A stretch of DNA of 64,000 bases, from positions 1,344,001 to 1,408,000 of the forward strand of contig CAVVPN010000003.1 in the NCBI GenBank assembly GCA_963750165.1, read 5' to 3'. The notes beneath the pieces were generated by a model that was given only the letters and a program-made list of their open reading frames with translations, was not told the DNA's origin and made no database searches. Position 1 is the stretch's first letter. Every line of letters begins with the position of its first letter. The stretch is from an uncultured Gemmataceae bacterium (lineage in GTDB: Bacteria > Planctomycetota > Planctomycetia > Gemmatales > Gemmataceae). The translations under genes and the position numbers were made by a program. Shown here in pieces: positions 20,091 to 31,609 of the stretch.

Positions 20091-20109
20091 GACCTGGCGC
20101 CCCCTCTGC

Positions 20110-20526
20110 CTATCCAGTCACGTTGGTCATGACGGCGAAGGTCAATTCCGGCACTTTCTTGCGGTGGATGGCGGCCGCGATCTCCGCCCGCAATTTCCCG
20201 AGCGCCTGGTGCAGGTGGGCCGTGATCTGGGCGGGATCGCACGGCCCGGGCAGCAGCGGCCCCACCGTGACCAGCAACCGCGCCTCATCCGGGGCCGGTC
20301 GCACCGCCACGACGCCCAGCTCGCGCAGCACGTCATCATTACAGACGCCGGCGAAGGCATAGTTGAGGGCCTCGGCGACCTGGCCGCACAGCTGCTGTGT
20401 TTTGCGGCCGCCCGTTTTGCGACCGGCCTGGCGGAGGGCGTCCCGCGGGTCCACGCCATCTTCCGGGCCGGTTTCCGAACAGAGGCCCTGCAGCGCTTTC
20501 CGAGAAGGTTGTCTGGGATTCGTCAC
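20110..20526 (-). CDS. Ribosome-binding factor A (RbfA)-like protein
   Basis: RKTQQLCGQVAEAL..V.PAPD..RLLVTV..GKLRAEIAAAIHRKKVPELTF; GTG start inferred. Confidence 0.7.
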   Translation of the reverse strand: MTNPRQPSRKALQGLCSETGPEDGVDPRDALRQAGRKTGGRKTQQLCGQVAEALNYAFAGVCNDDVLRELGVVAVRPAPDEARLLVTVGPLLPGPCDPAQITAHLHQALGKLRAEIAAAIHRKKVPELTFAVMTNVTG

Positions 20527-20600
20527 GATTCCACCGCTTCTTTGCAAGCTAGCGCGGTTCGCAGTCGCGTGGCCCACAAACGGCAGGCCGGCGCTGCCAG

Positions 20601-20773
20601 GCGCCGCATCTCGACGTATGAAAAAGTTGGCGTTCTTGGCGTTCTTGGCGTCCTTGCTGTGGCAACCGCCGCCGCTGGTGGTCGCGCCGTGCCACTCCCA
20701 CGCGGCCAGGGCGCCGATTCTCGACGTGTGAAAAAGTTGGCCCCCTTGGCCCCCTTGGCCCCCTTGCTGCGAC
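20601..20773 (+). repeat. Dispersed repeat family X, two cores 110 bp apart
   Basis: Cores start at 20609 and 20719; 9-mer fillers GTT/GTT/GTC and CCC/CCC/CCC. Confidence 0.92.
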
Positions 20774-21040
20774 AGCGCAGGCCCCTGCTGGTCAAGCTGT
20801 GCCCGCCGTCCCACCGCGGGCGCGATCCGCGTGCGAACCGCTCCAGGAGAGAAATGCACCGGAACTCCATCGCCGGCGCACCGGCTCAGCGTACCAGGGG
20901 CTGAAACCGCACGCAATAGGATGGACCCGTTTACACGGGGTTCGGTTCACGTTGCGGGCGCCCTTGCGGAGTCTGCCGGGCTCGATCACAATGAAGCCCG
21001 CGCATCCCGTGAAAACTCAAGCGACCGGACTGGAAGGAGC

Positions 21041-23722
21041 ATGAGCGACCATCCCCCGCTGAAGTACATCCTCCGCAGCGACGACTCCGACCCGCAGGCG
21101 CCGCTGGGCGGCAAAGCGCGAGCGCTGGCGGCGCTGCGCGAGGCGGGCTTGTCCATCCCACCCTGGTTCGTGCTGACGCCGGCCGCCTTCGAGGCCAGCC
21201 TGGAGCCCGCCCAGTACGCGGCGCTGTGCAACGCCAGCAGCGCCGCCGCCCTCCGTGCCGCGGTCGATTTCCTCCGCCCCGGCGCCGAGGTCGCCGGCGA
21301 GCTGCGCCGCGCCGTCCGCGAACTGTGCCCCGACGGCGCTGCCGTGGCCGTGCGCTCCTCCGCCTCCGACGAGGACGGCCCCGAACACTCCTTCGCCGGT
21401 CAGCTCGACAGCTTTTTGACCGTGCCGCCCGAGGCAGTTGCCGGCCGCGTCGCCGCGGTGTGGCGCTCCGGTTTCAGCGAACGCATCCTCGCCTATCGCC
21501 GCGAACACCAGCTGTCGCCGGTGCCGCGGCCGCCGGCCGTGCTCGTGCAGCGCCTGGTGCGTGCCGACGTGTCCGGCGTCGCCTTCGGGGCCGACCCCGT
21601 CAGCGGCCGCCGCAGCGTCGCCGTCGTTGCCGCCATCTATGGCCTGGGCACCGCCCTGGTCTCCGGCGCCTGCGACGCGGACACCTTCCATGTCGATCGC
21701 GCCGGCACCATCATTCAGCGGACGCTCGCCGATAAGCGCACCGCTCACCGGCCCGCCGCCGGCGAAGGCGAGGGCGTGCGCGCCGAGGCCGTTGCCGCCG
21801 ACCTCGCCAGCCGGCCCGCGTTGAGCGACGAGCAGGTGCGGCAGGTGGCGGACCTGGTGCGGCAGTGCGGCAAGCATTTCGGCCGGCCACAGGACATCGA
21901 ATGGGCCATCGAGCGCGGCAACCTGTACCTGCTGCAATCGCGGCCGATCACGTCGCTGGCGCGAACCGCCGACCCCGACGGCGTGCTCAATTTGTGGGAC
22001 AACAGCAACATCGCCGAGAGCTACAACGGCGTGACGACGCCGCTGACGTTCTCGTTCGCCCGCTGCATTTACGAGGGAGTGTACCGTCAGTTCTGCAAGA
22101 TTCTGCGTGTGCCGCCGGCGCGGCTGGCCGAAAACGACGACGTGTTCAGCCACATGCTCGGCCTGGTGCGCGGCCGGGTCTACTACAACTTGCTCAGCTG
22201 GTATCGTGTGCTGGCGCTGCTGCCCGGCTTCAAGACGAACCGGCGCTTCATGGAGCAGATGATGGGCGTCAAGGAGCCACTGCCGGACGAACTGGTGGCG
22301 AACCTGGCGCGCTCGACGGGGCTGGAGCGGCTGCAGGACCGCTGGCATTTGCTGGGCAGCGTGCTGGCGCTGGTGCGCAACCATTTCACGCTGGGCGGCC
22401 AGATCCGCCGCTTTTACTGGCGCTTGCAGGACGCGCTGGGCGCAGCCGGCCGAACCTGGAACCGCTGCGGCCGGACGAGTTGGCGACGCAGTACCGCGAC
22501 CTGGAGCGGCGGCTGCTGACGCGCTGGGACGCGCCGCTGGTGAACGACTTTTTCGCGATGATCTTCTACGGCGTGCTGGGCAGGTTGACGCGGGCCTGGT
22601 GCGGCGACGCGGACGGCAGCTTGCAGAACGACCTGGTGCGCGGCGCGAGCGGCATGATTCAGCGCCGAGCCGGCGCTGCGGGTGCGGCAGCTGGCCGAGG
22701 CAGCGCGGCCGCACGCCGAACTGGTGGCGGCGCTGTGCGAGGGCTCGCGCGGCGACGTCCGCCGCGCGGCGGAGCGGGTGCCGTCGTTCGAGGCGCCGTA
22801 CCGTGAATATCTGGAGAAGTTCGGCGACCGCTGCCTGGAGGAGTTGAAGCTGGAGAGCGCGACGCTGCACGACGACCCGCTGACACTGCTACGAGCGGTG
22901 GGTCAGCTGGCGCGGCGGCCGGACCAGGGCGGCGGGCTGGCGGCAGGCGCGTCGGAGGCGCAGCGGCGGCAGCGGGCGGAGGGGCGAGTGCGGACGGCGC
23001 TGCGGTGGCGGCCGCTGCGACAGCTGCTGTTCGGCTGGGTGGCGGCCAACGCCCGGGCGCGGGTGCGCGACCGCGAGAACCTGCGCTTCGAGCGGACGCG
23101 GTTGTTCGGCCGGGTGCGGCAGATTTTCGTGGAGTTGGGCCGTAAACTGCACGCGCTCGACGTGCTGGCGGAGCCGCGCGACGTGTTTTACCTGGAAGTG
23201 AACGAGGTGCTGGGCTTCCTCGACGGCACCGCGTCCACGACGGACCTGAAGGGGTTGGTGGCGCTGCGGCGGACGGAGTTCGAGCGCTACCGCAAAGAGA
23301 CGCCGCCGGCCGACCGTTTCGAGACGCGCGGCGTCGTGCATCAGGGCAACAGCTTCCAGGGCAAGCCCGCGGCGGTCGAGGCGGACGGCGAGACGCGGCG
23401 CGGCCTGGGCTGCTGTCCGGGCGTGGTGCGGGGGCCGGTGCGTGTGGTGACGGACCCGCGGGGGGTGGACTTGCGGCAGGGCGAGATTCTGGTGGCGGAG
23501 CGGACGGACCCAGGTTGGATCATGCTGTTCCCGTCGGCAGCAGGGCTGCTGGTGGAGCGCGGCAGTTTGTTGTCGCACTCGGCGATCGTGGCGCGCGAGT
23601 TGGGGCTGCCGGCGGTGGTGTCGGTGGCGGGGGTGACGCGCTGGCTGCGCGACGGCGACGAGGTGGAGATGGACGGCGGCAGCGGTGTGGTGACGCGCAT
23701 TGGACGGGGGCCGCCAGGCTGA
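21041..23722 (+). CDS. PEP-utilising enzyme with ATP-grasp / central / swivelling His domain order (RPH/PigC-like); two frameshifts (~22440, ~22660)
   Basis: GGKA, AVRSSA..ED..SFAGQ, QDIEWA..LQSRPIT, TDPGW, GSLLSHSAIVARELG across three consecutive frames. Confidence 0.85.
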
Positions 23723-23908
23723 ATCCGTCTCAACTGGCCAACGTCGCGGCAATCTGCCAGGCACCGGACGAGCGCAGCAGATCGAGCGCCGGCACCAAAC
23801 GCCACAAAGCCACGAACCGTGCCCGCCGGACCCGAAGGCACCCGCGGTCATTGGACCGAGTTTTGGCCGGATGCAGCGCTACTCTGGCCGCGTGCTCCAG
23901 GGCCAGGT

Positions 23909-24052
23909 CGCCGATTCTCGACATGTGAAAAAGTTGGCGTTCTTGGCGTCCTTGGCGTCTTTGCGCTGCCCGGCGCTGCCGGACATCTCACGGCACTGCT
24001 TTTTGGTTCCGCCCTGGCACACGAGCCGTTGACCGCCCTGGCCCCCTTGCGC
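23909..24052 (+). repeat. Dispersed repeat family X, core plus ~90-bp tail
   Basis: Core at 23916; the whole ~144 bp aligns with the reverse complement of 31886-32030. Confidence 0.9.
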
Positions 24053-24448
24053 CGACCGACACCGCCTGACACCGCAACTGGCCCCGGTCGAACCCCGATG
24101 CCCAGGGCCCGGGCTGAAGCCGATTATGCTCCGCACCGAAAAAAAGAACTCCCGGTCGGCGGTGACGCTGCTTGCCGACAACTTCCGCGTTGGCAATGGA
24201 AAACGAAAATTCAGCGCCGGCAGGAATTGCCCGGGCTGTGGGCGGCGATTCCGGGGCAAAATCCCTACTTCTTGAACTTTCTGCTTGCTTCCAACGTGGG
24301 TCCGCGATTAAAAAGTGGAAGACTTCCCCCCCGTTGGTGTCGGGCATCCGCCTGCCCGTTCCGGCATCCTGAAGTACAGTTATCAGGAAGGTAGCTCTGC
24401 GGACTGCGGCAGGGCGCAGACTGAACAAAGGTTCCAGAGGAACAAGTC

Positions 24449-25057
24449 GTGACGGCGATACCAATCCGTGATGCGAACAGCTGGCAAGACTTTGCCGTTC
24501 TGATGGCCCGGGTCCGCGCCGGCGACGCCGCCGCGATGCACGAACTGGTCGCGGACTACGGCCCGTACCTGCTCCGCGCGGTGCGGATGCGGCTGCACCG
24601 GCAGATGCGACCCAAGTTCGACTCGACCGACTTCGTTCAAGATGTCTGGGCGTCGTTCTTCGCCGACCTGCCCCGCGACCGCCCCTTCAACCTCCCGGAA
24701 GAACTGATTGCGTTCCTGACCCGCGTGGCGCAGAACAAGGTGGCCGACGCGGCCCGACAGCGGTTGCTGGGCCAGAAGTACAACGTCAACCGCGAGCGCT
24801 CGCTGGACGATTCCCGGGTCGGCCCGCCGCCGGAACTGGCCGCCCGCCAGCCGACGCCCAGCACCGTGGCCATGAACCGCGAGGAATGGGACCGCCTGCT
24901 CCAGCGCCAGCCCGCGGTGTACCGCCGCATTTTGATCCTGTTGAGCGAGGGCAAGTCGCAGTCCCAGGTCGCCCAGGAACTGAACATCAGCGAGAAGATG
25001 GTTAGTCGCCTGATCAGGCAGTTACGCAAGCAATCCAACCAGGATTCAAACCCATGA
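24449..25057 (+). CDS. ECF RNA polymerase sigma factor (kinase-associated type)
   Basis: GDAAAMHELV..DSTDFVQDVWASFF..NKV.D..QPTPS..SQSQVAQELNISEKMV; stop overlaps the kinase start (ATGA). Confidence 0.88.
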   Translation: MTAIPIRDANSWQDFAVLMARVRAGDAAAMHELVADYGPYLLRAVRMRLHRQMRPKFDSTDFVQDVWASFFADLPRDRPFNLPEELIAFLTRVAQNKVADAARQRLLGQKYNVNRERSLDDSRVGPPPELAARQPTPSTVAMNREEWDRLLQRQPAVYRRILILLSEGKSQSQVAQELNISEKMVSRLIRQLRKQSNQDSNP

Positions 25058-27443
25058 ATACCGGCGAACAACAGACCGCTCCGGAGTCGAATCTTTCCCG
25101 TCCGGCGAGCGTGGCTTCCCACCTGCGCCTCGCAGATCAAGGCCAGCTGGCGGCGCGGGCGCCCCCGGACGCGCAGGCCGCGCTGGACGAATTCCCGGAG
25201 GTCCGGTCCGACCACTCTGCGGTCCTGGACCTGGCCCTGGAGGAGTTCTTGCAGCGCCTGCGCCGCCGGCGAAGCTGCTCGACCCCGAGGAGTTCTGCGC
25301 AGCTTCCCCGAGCACCAGGCGTCGTTGCGCAAGCTGGTGCAGGCCCAGATGTTCCTGAATGAACACCCGAACCTCTGGGAAGACACCGCGGAGGTTTCCT
25401 GGCCGCTGCCGGGCGACACCTTTCTGGAGTACCAGCTGGAGCGGGAACTGGGCCGTGGGGCGTTCGCCCGGGTGTTTCTGGCCACCGTGCCGGGGCTGGG
25501 CGGGCGCCAGGCGGTGCTCAAGGTGTCGCTGCGCGGCGGTGCCGAGGCCGAGATCCTCGGCAAGTTAAACCACCCCAACATCGTTCCCGTCCACTGCGTC
25601 GGCCGAGACCCAGCCACCGGGCTGACCGCCATCTGCATGCCCTACCTGGGCAGCGCCACGCTGGACGACGTGCTGGAGCGGGCGAAAGGCCCCGCGCGCA
25701 GGACGTTCGGGGCCGGGTTGTTCTCGAAGCCGCCGAGCCGGTGGTGCCGGTGGTCGGGCCGGCCGCGGACCCCCCGGCGCGGGTGCTGCGGCACGGCGCC
25801 TACGTCGATGCCGTGCTGCACCTGGGCGCCCAGCTGGCCGACGCCCTCGCCTTCATCCACGCCGAGGACCTGTGCCACTGCGACCTGAAGCCGTCCAACG
25901 TCCTGGTCAAGCCGGACGGCACCCCCATGCTGCTGGACTTCAACCTGGCTTACGGCGACGGCGCGGACAATTTCCTGGGCGGCACGATTCCCTACATGGC
26001 GCCCGAGCAGTTGCGGGCGCTGGGGCCGGGCAACGCCGGGCCGGCCGAGTTTCGGCTGACTGCCGTGGACGCCCCGACCGCCGCCGCAGTGGCGCCCGAC
26101 GCCCGGGCCGACCTGTACGCCCTCGGCGTGATCCTGTACGAACTGCTCACGGGCGAGCATCCGTTCGGGCCGTTCTCGTTGAAGTTGACCCAGCAGGAAG
26201 TCCGCCAACGGCTGCTGGAGCGCCAGGAGAGCGGCCCGCGACCGCTGCGGCAGTTCAACCGCGGCGTCAACCGTTCGCTGGCGCAGCTGGTCGAGCGCTG
26301 CCTGGCCCATGACCCCGAAGAGCGGCCCCAGACCGCCGCCGAGCTGGCCGCGGAGTTACGCCGCCAGTTAACGCTATTGCGCCGCGCCGGCCGCTGGGCG
26401 CAGCGGCGACCGTTCGCTGCGCTGGCCGCGGTGCTGGGCACCGTCCTGCTCGCCGCGAGCCTCACAGGCGCGGCCAGGCTGGCGGTCGCGTTGTTGCCCG
26501 AGCAGGAAAGTTCGCCGGCCCCCGCGCCGACGGTCGCGGAACTGCTGGACCTCGGCGACCAGGCGGTCCAGAAACAGGAGTACGCCCGCGCGGTGAAATA
26601 CTACAACCAGGCCCTCAAACTGGAGCCCAACCAGGAGGACATCTGGTTCCGCTGCGGGCACGCCTACGTGCGGCTCGGGGAGGGAGGCAGCTTGAACGAC
26701 TTCAGGCAGGCCAAGGAGTGCTTTATCGCAGCGGATCGGCTCAAGTCGCTTGGGAAGTACAAGGCCTGTATCGCCTACTGCATGAGCCACCTGGGGCAGA
26801 AGGAATCCCTGGGACAATACGCCGCCGCGATGCAAGCGGGGTACGCCCCGGCGGCGGTCCTGAACAACCAGGCCGCCATGTATCTGAAAGGGAAAGTTAA
26901 CAATTTGCCCACGGCAGAAGGACTTCTGAACGCCGCCCTGAAAAAAGAGCCGCGACTTCAGGCCGCGCTCCACAACCGGGGCTTGCTGAGGTATCGCCAG
27001 GCCCTTCAGGCTCTTCGGAAAGCCCCCGCCGTCGCCCTGATGGACATTGAGCAGGCCGACAAGGACTTTGAAGCGGCCCTCCAAAATGGCCCGTCTTCCG
27101 CGGAACTTTATCGAGACGCCGCACTCCTGTGTGCGCTCGGAGCGGAAACGGAAGTGAAGCTGGCTCAGGCGGCCGGGAAGCACCAGGTTGCCAACCTTGG
27201 TGCCGGTGCGGCCGCGCTGGGGCGCAAGGGAAAATGAGGTGGATTCGGAAAGGTCGGGAGTTGTTCCAGAAAGCCGTTACACTCGGCTGCGACCATACCC
27301 AGCTCACAGACAACGACGGGTTGGCTCGGCTGCGGAGTGCAGACTTCAGCAAAACCCTGGCAGATGTAACTCGCAATCACCCAGCGCAAACCCTGCCGCC
27401 CACGAAACGCCTGGTCGATCCCGTCGAGGTGACTGTCCAGTAG
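25054..27443 (+). CDS. Ser/Thr protein kinase with TM helix and TPR repeats (several frameshifts)
   Basis: ELGRGAFARVFLA, HPNIV, HCDLKPSNVL, LLDFNLA, GGTIPYMAPEQ, DLYALG, TPR YARAVKYYNQALKLEP; pieces distributed over ORFs 25054, 25325, 25741, 27129. Confidence 0.85.
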
Positions 27444-27458
27444 GGCTGGCGGACAAAA

Positions 27459-27526
27459 GGCGAGCGGCGCGGCGTCAGCCCGCCGGTAGAGCGCGTTACC
27501 GGTGGGCTGACGCCGCGCCGCTCGCC
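27459..27526. repeat. REP-like palindrome downstream of the kinase
   Basis: GGCGAGCGGCGCGGCGTCAGCCCGCCGGTA / TACCGGTGGGCTGACGCCGCGCCGCTCGCC. Confidence 0.85.
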
Positions 27527-27975
27527 GGATGTGTGAGTTCGGTCCAGTAACTCCTGGCGCTGCTCACGCCGGGCAGCCTGGCTATTTTTATCTGACCCCC
27601 CGTCACCGATGAACGGCCTGACGGGTCGTCAGCGGCCTCGTCTTGTCTCTGTAACCTTCTGTCGCTCAATGCTTTAGAGTTATTCCTTTCGCTCCGGTAT
27701 CTCTGATGGACCAGGTCGGTCTTTTTTTTCCAAAATTCTGAAAAACTCGTGTCCAGTTTTCGACTCGATTCTCGATTGCATAATTAGCCCAACCAGACGC
27801 CTCCGTTTGACGGAATAACATCCCAGTTGTCCAGTGGTGCCCCGCGCAGGCATGGCTCGCACCTTGTCCCTGCGCCGCACCGGACTGTCGCGCCCCCCGC
27901 GCCCATTGGGTTAGCCCAGACCGCGCCTTTTCGCCCCTGAATCGCCCTACCCCCCTTGTTTCAGGAGTCCCGTTT

Positions 27976-28851
27976 ATGTTCGGTCTGTTCAATTCCCGTT
28001 CTCGTCGCCCTGCTGCCTCGTTCCGTCGTGCCTCGCTTCAGGTCGAAGCTCTGGAGAGCCGATACTGCCCCGCCAAGGTCAGTGCCCTCACACTCGCCGT
28101 CAAGCCCGAGTCGGGCACCAACGTGCTGCTGTCCGGCACCCTCAATGATCCCCAACCCAGCAATGTCCAGGTGAACTTCGGCGGCGTGGTGAACGCCTCG
28201 GCGTACACGGACTCCACTGGCTTCTTCTCGTTGTTAACCCCCGCCAACGGTCTGGGGGACGTGACGGCCAGTACCCAACCGTCGGACTGCAAGACGCCGA
28301 TCAACGCCGACGTACTGCTCACCAGCACCGGCCCGACCATCACCAACCTGGCGGTGGTCTACGGCACCAACTGCAGCGTGACCATCAGCGGCCAGGTCAA
28401 CGATGTCAGCCCCGGCGGCCTGTCGGTGACCTTCAGCGGCGTCACCAACGGCACGACGACCACCAACGTTGACGGCACCTTCAGCGCCACCCTCACCGCC
28501 AGTCAGCTGGGCCAAATCACGGTGTCCGTGACGAACAACTGGGGCGTGTCGGCCCAGAACGCCGCCGTCAGTTTGGCCAGCAACGGCCCCACGATCCAGA
28601 GTTTCGACGTCTCCCACGGCGACGGCAACATCTGGTGGCTCGAGGGCACGGTGAACGACACCTCGGACCAGGCCGTGCGGTTGACCTTCAGCGGTATGGC
28701 CGGCCTGGCCGGTGCCAGCACCACCACCGACGCGGACGGCAACTTTGAACTGGGCATCTGGCTGGCGCCGACCGGCAACACCGTCATCACCGCAATCGCA
28801 ACCGACTGCTGGGGCATGCAAGACAGCATGCAGGATTTGCTGGTGACGTGA
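27976..28851 (+). CDS. Secreted protein with planctomycete LEPR-XLL-like export motif and three Ig-like repeats
   Basis: RRASLQVEALESRYCPA; three ~90-aa beta repeats (..SGTLND..TDSTGFF; ..SGQVND..TNVDGTF; ..EGTVND..TDADGNF); SD AGGAG. Confidence 0.85.
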   Translation: MFGLFNSRSRRPAASFRRASLQVEALESRYCPAKVSALTLAVKPESGTNVLLSGTLNDPQPSNVQVNFGGVVNASAYTDSTGFFSLLTPANGLGDVTASTQPSDCKTPINADVLLTSTGPTITNLAVVYGTNCSVTISGQVNDVSPGGLSVTFSGVTNGTTTTNVDGTFSATLTASQLGQITVSVTNNWGVSAQNAAVSLASNGPTIQSFDVSHGDGNIWWLEGTVNDTSDQAVRLTFSGMAGLAGASTTTDADGNFELGIWLAPTGNTVITAIATDCWGMQDSMQDLLVT

Positions 28852-28900
28852 GGCGGATAGCACAGACACTCGAACTTTTCACTCCGAAGAGGAGATCATC

Positions 28901-29218
28901 ATGAATCGCAAGAACACCGACCTGGACCTGCTGGCCGCCCGCGCCGGCCGCGGCGACTCGCTGGCGGCGCTGCAACTGCGGCGGCAGCTGGAACCGCAAA
29001 TGGTGCGCATCGTCAGCCAGGCGCTCCGCACCGGCATCGGGCGGACGCCGCTGACGCGGCAAATCCTCGCGCGGGCTCGTCAGGTGGCGCCGCAGAGTAC
29101 CGGCGCTCCCGAGGGACTGGTCCGCACCGTCGCCCGTGACCTGTGTGACTCGGTCATCGGCCGACTGCGGCAGGGGCCGCAGCACGCCCAGCAGTTGCAG
29201 GACACCCTCTGCGCCTGA
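28901..29218 (+). CDS. Small hypothetical protein resembling the N-terminus of an ECF sigma factor
   Basis: SD AGGAG; DLLAARAGRGDSLAALQLRRQLEPQMVRIV. Confidence 0.65.
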   Translation: MNRKNTDLDLLAARAGRGDSLAALQLRRQLEPQMVRIVSQALRTGIGRTPLTRQILARARQVAPQSTGAPEGLVRTVARDLCDSVIGRLRQGPQHAQQLQDTLCA

Positions 29219-29233
29219 CCCGCCCGTCCGGTG

Positions 29234-29317
29234 CCCCCACCCCCGACCCTCCCCCACCAGGGGGAGGGAACATCACTTTCCCCCTCCCCCCTGGTGGAGG
29301 AGGGTCGGGGTGGGGGG
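29234..29317. repeat. REP-like palindrome (CCCCACCCCGACCCTCCCC family)
   Basis: CCCCCACCCCCGACCCTCCCCCACCAGGGGGAGGG / CCCTCCCCCCTGGTGGAGGAGGGTCGGGGTGGGGG. Confidence 0.8.
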
Positions 29318-29374
29318 AGCCGCCGGTCGCCCTCGTGGGGACCGACCACATTCGCCAGGCCGAAAGGGTGCCGT

Positions 29375-31579
29375 ATGTCCGCGACGCATTCCCGTAACTG
29401 GCGCATCCTCATGCCCCGAGGAGCCGAGGACCTGCGCCAGTTCCTTGCCGACCTCTTCCACCCCGGCGTCTGCGAGGTGGTGGAGGCCGACCGCGCCGAC
29501 TTCCTGCCGGCGCTGGGCCAGGGCCAGATGGATCTGGCCGTGCTGGACGCCGGCACGCCGGGCTGGGGTATTCTCGAACTGCTCGGCCAGATCGCCGACC
29601 TCACCGACACCGTGCCCGTGGTGGTGCGGGTCGCCGGCGACCAGCCCCCGGGCCAGGCCGCTTTCCTGCAAGCGGTCCTGGACAGCCTCCGCGACGCCGT
29701 GGTGGTGGCCGACGATGTTGGCAGCGTGCTGTTCTGCAACGCCGCCGCCCGGCAGGCACTGGGGGTCGGCGCCAGCGGGAGCGAGGCGGTCCCGTGGCCC
29801 GAGGAGAACGTCTGCCTGCTCGCGGACGGTGTGACGCCCTGCCCGCCAGCCGAGCAGCCCCTGGCGCGCGCGGCGCGCGGCGAGGCGGTGGACGGCCAGG
29901 AGCTGTTCCTGCACCACCCCCACGCGCCGGGCGGTATCTGGGTTAGCGCCGCCGCCCGGCCCCTGCGCGACGCGGCGGGGGAAGTGCGCGGCGGCGTCGT
30001 CGTCTACCGCGACGTCACCGAGGAGCGGCAGGTGCGGGAGATGCTGCGCCTGTCGGAACAGCGCTACCGCAACCTGGTGGAGGGGTCCGCCCAGGGAGTC
30101 GTCATCCATCAGGACTGGCGCATCCGGTTCGCCAATCCGGCCGGCGCCCGGCTGTTCGGTTACGACGAACCGCGCGAGCTGGTCGGCCGAGACTGGGAGA
30201 GCCTGGTCGCCCCGGAGGGGCGGTCGGTCGTGCGGGCACGGGCGCTGGCCTGTCTGCGCGGCGAGGCGCTGCCGGCCCACCCGGGCTGGCAGGGCGTCCG
30301 CCGGGATGGCGAACACATCTGGGTGGAGTCCCTGGAAAATCAAATCCCCTGGGAAGGACGGTCTGCCGTGGCAGCTTTCCTGATCGACGTCACCGAGCGC
30401 AGCCGCCTGGAAGAACAGGTGCTGCAGGCGCAGAAAATGGAAGCGGTCGGCCAGCTGGCCGGCGGCGTCGCCCACGATTTCAACAACCTCCTCACAGTCA
30501 TCAACGGCTACGGCGAACTGATGCTGAGCCACCTTCGCCCGGAAGACCCAACGCGGCGGCTGGTGCAGGGCATCCTGGAGGCCGGCGAGCGCGCCGCCGC
30601 CCTGACCCGCCAGCTACTGGCCTTCAGCCGTAAACAGACCGTGGAGCCGCGCGTGCTCGACCTCAACCAACTTATCCACGAGCAGGTGCGCATGCTCGAC
30701 CGCCTGATCGGCGAGCACATTGAACTGCGGACGCGGCCGGACCCGACCCTGGCCTCGGTGCGGGCCGACCCCGGACAGCTCGAACAGGTCGTCATGAACC
30801 TGGTGGTCAACGCCCGCGATGCCATGCCGCAGGGCGGCGTCGTCACCATCACCACCGCCAACGTCGATCTGGGCGAACCGGTTCGGCAGGGGTTGCCCGG
30901 CGGCCCCTGCGTCCTGCTGACGGTCAGCGACACCGGCTGCGGCATGGACGAGGCCACCAAGGCGCACATCTTCGAGCCGTTCTTCACCACCAAGGGGCCG
31001 GGCAAGGGCACCGGCCTGGGGCTGGCGACGGTTTACGGCGTCGTGCGGGCCAACCGCGGCCGCATCGAGGTGGACACGGCCCCGAACCGCGGCGCCACCT
31101 TCCGCATTTACCTGCCGGCGGCGCACGCCGCGCCGGATGTCTGGGCGATACCGCGATCCGCGCCGGCCCTGCCCCGGGGCACCGAAACCATACTCCTGGT
31201 GGAGGACGACGAGGGCGTGCGGATGCTCAGCCGCCATGTGCTGCAGGCGCAGGGCTACCGCGTGCTGGAGGCGGTGAACGGCCAGGAAGCGCTGGACCTG
31301 TGCACGGCGCAGCGCGAGGAGATTCATCTGCTGGTGACCGATGTCGTCATGCCGCAGCTGGGCGGCCGGGAACTGGCGGAGCTGCTGCTGCGACAGCACC
31401 CGATGCTGGGTGTGCTGTTCCTGTCCGGCTATCAGGACATCGCCGGTGCGGCCAACAACCTGATGGAGGCGGAGCACGTCGCCTTCTTGCAAAAGCCGTT
31501 CACGCCGAGCGCCCTGGCGGCAACGGTGCGGCGGCTGCTCGATCAGTTGCGGCGACGGTTGGGAGTGCGGGTGTCCTGA
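29375..31579 (+). CDS. PAS-domain hybrid sensor histidine kinase/response regulator
   Basis: Two PAS domains, [33 protein letters not shown], receiver ILLVEDD..TDVVMP..KPF; start uncertain. Confidence 0.92.
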   Translation: MSATHSRNWRILMPRGAEDLRQFLADLFHPGVCEVVEADRADFLPALGQGQMDLAVLDAGTPGWGILELLGQIADLTDTVPVVVRVAGDQPPGQAAFLQAVLDSLRDAVVVADDVGSVLFCNAAARQALGVGASGSEAVPWPEENVCLLADGVTPCPPAEQPLARAARGEAVDGQELFLHHPHAPGGIWVSAAARPLRDAAGEVRGGVVVYRDVTEERQVREMLRLSEQRYRNLVEGSAQGVVIHQDWRIRFANPAGARLFGYDEPRELVGRDWESLVAPEGRSVVRARALACLRGEALPAHPGWQGVRRDGEHIWVESLENQIPWEGRSAVAAFLIDVTERSRLEEQVLQAQKMEAVGQLAGGVAHDFNNLLTVINGYGELMLSHLRPEDPTRRLVQGILEAGERAAALTRQLLAFSRKQTVEPRVLDLNQLIHEQVRMLDRLIGEHIELRTRPDPTLASVRADPGQLEQVVMNLVVNARDAMPQGGVVTITTANVDLGEPVRQGLPGGPCVLLTVSDTGCGMDEATKAHIFEPFFTTKGPGKGTGLGLATVYGVVRANRGRIEVDTAPNRGATFRIYLPAAHAAPDVWAIPRSAPALPRGTETILLVEDDEGVRMLSRHVLQAQGYRVLEAVNGQEALDLCTAQREEIHLLVTDVVMPQLGGRELAELLLRQHPMLGVLFLSGYQDIAGAANNLMEAEHVAFLQKPFTPSALAATVRRLLDQLRRRLGVRVS

Positions 31580-31609
31580 GGGGTTACGATCGTTGGCGGG
31601 GGGTAGGAA

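Noticed and set aside
20601..20773. 110-bp-period repeat pairs as a mini-CRISPR array
   Set aside because: Only two units per locus, linkers are homologous between loci rather than unique spacers, and no cas genes are present.
21041..23722. Calling the PEP-utilising gene a rifampin resistance gene (rph)
   Set aside because: Domain order alone is shared by many uncharacterised enzymes; substrate residues could not be verified.
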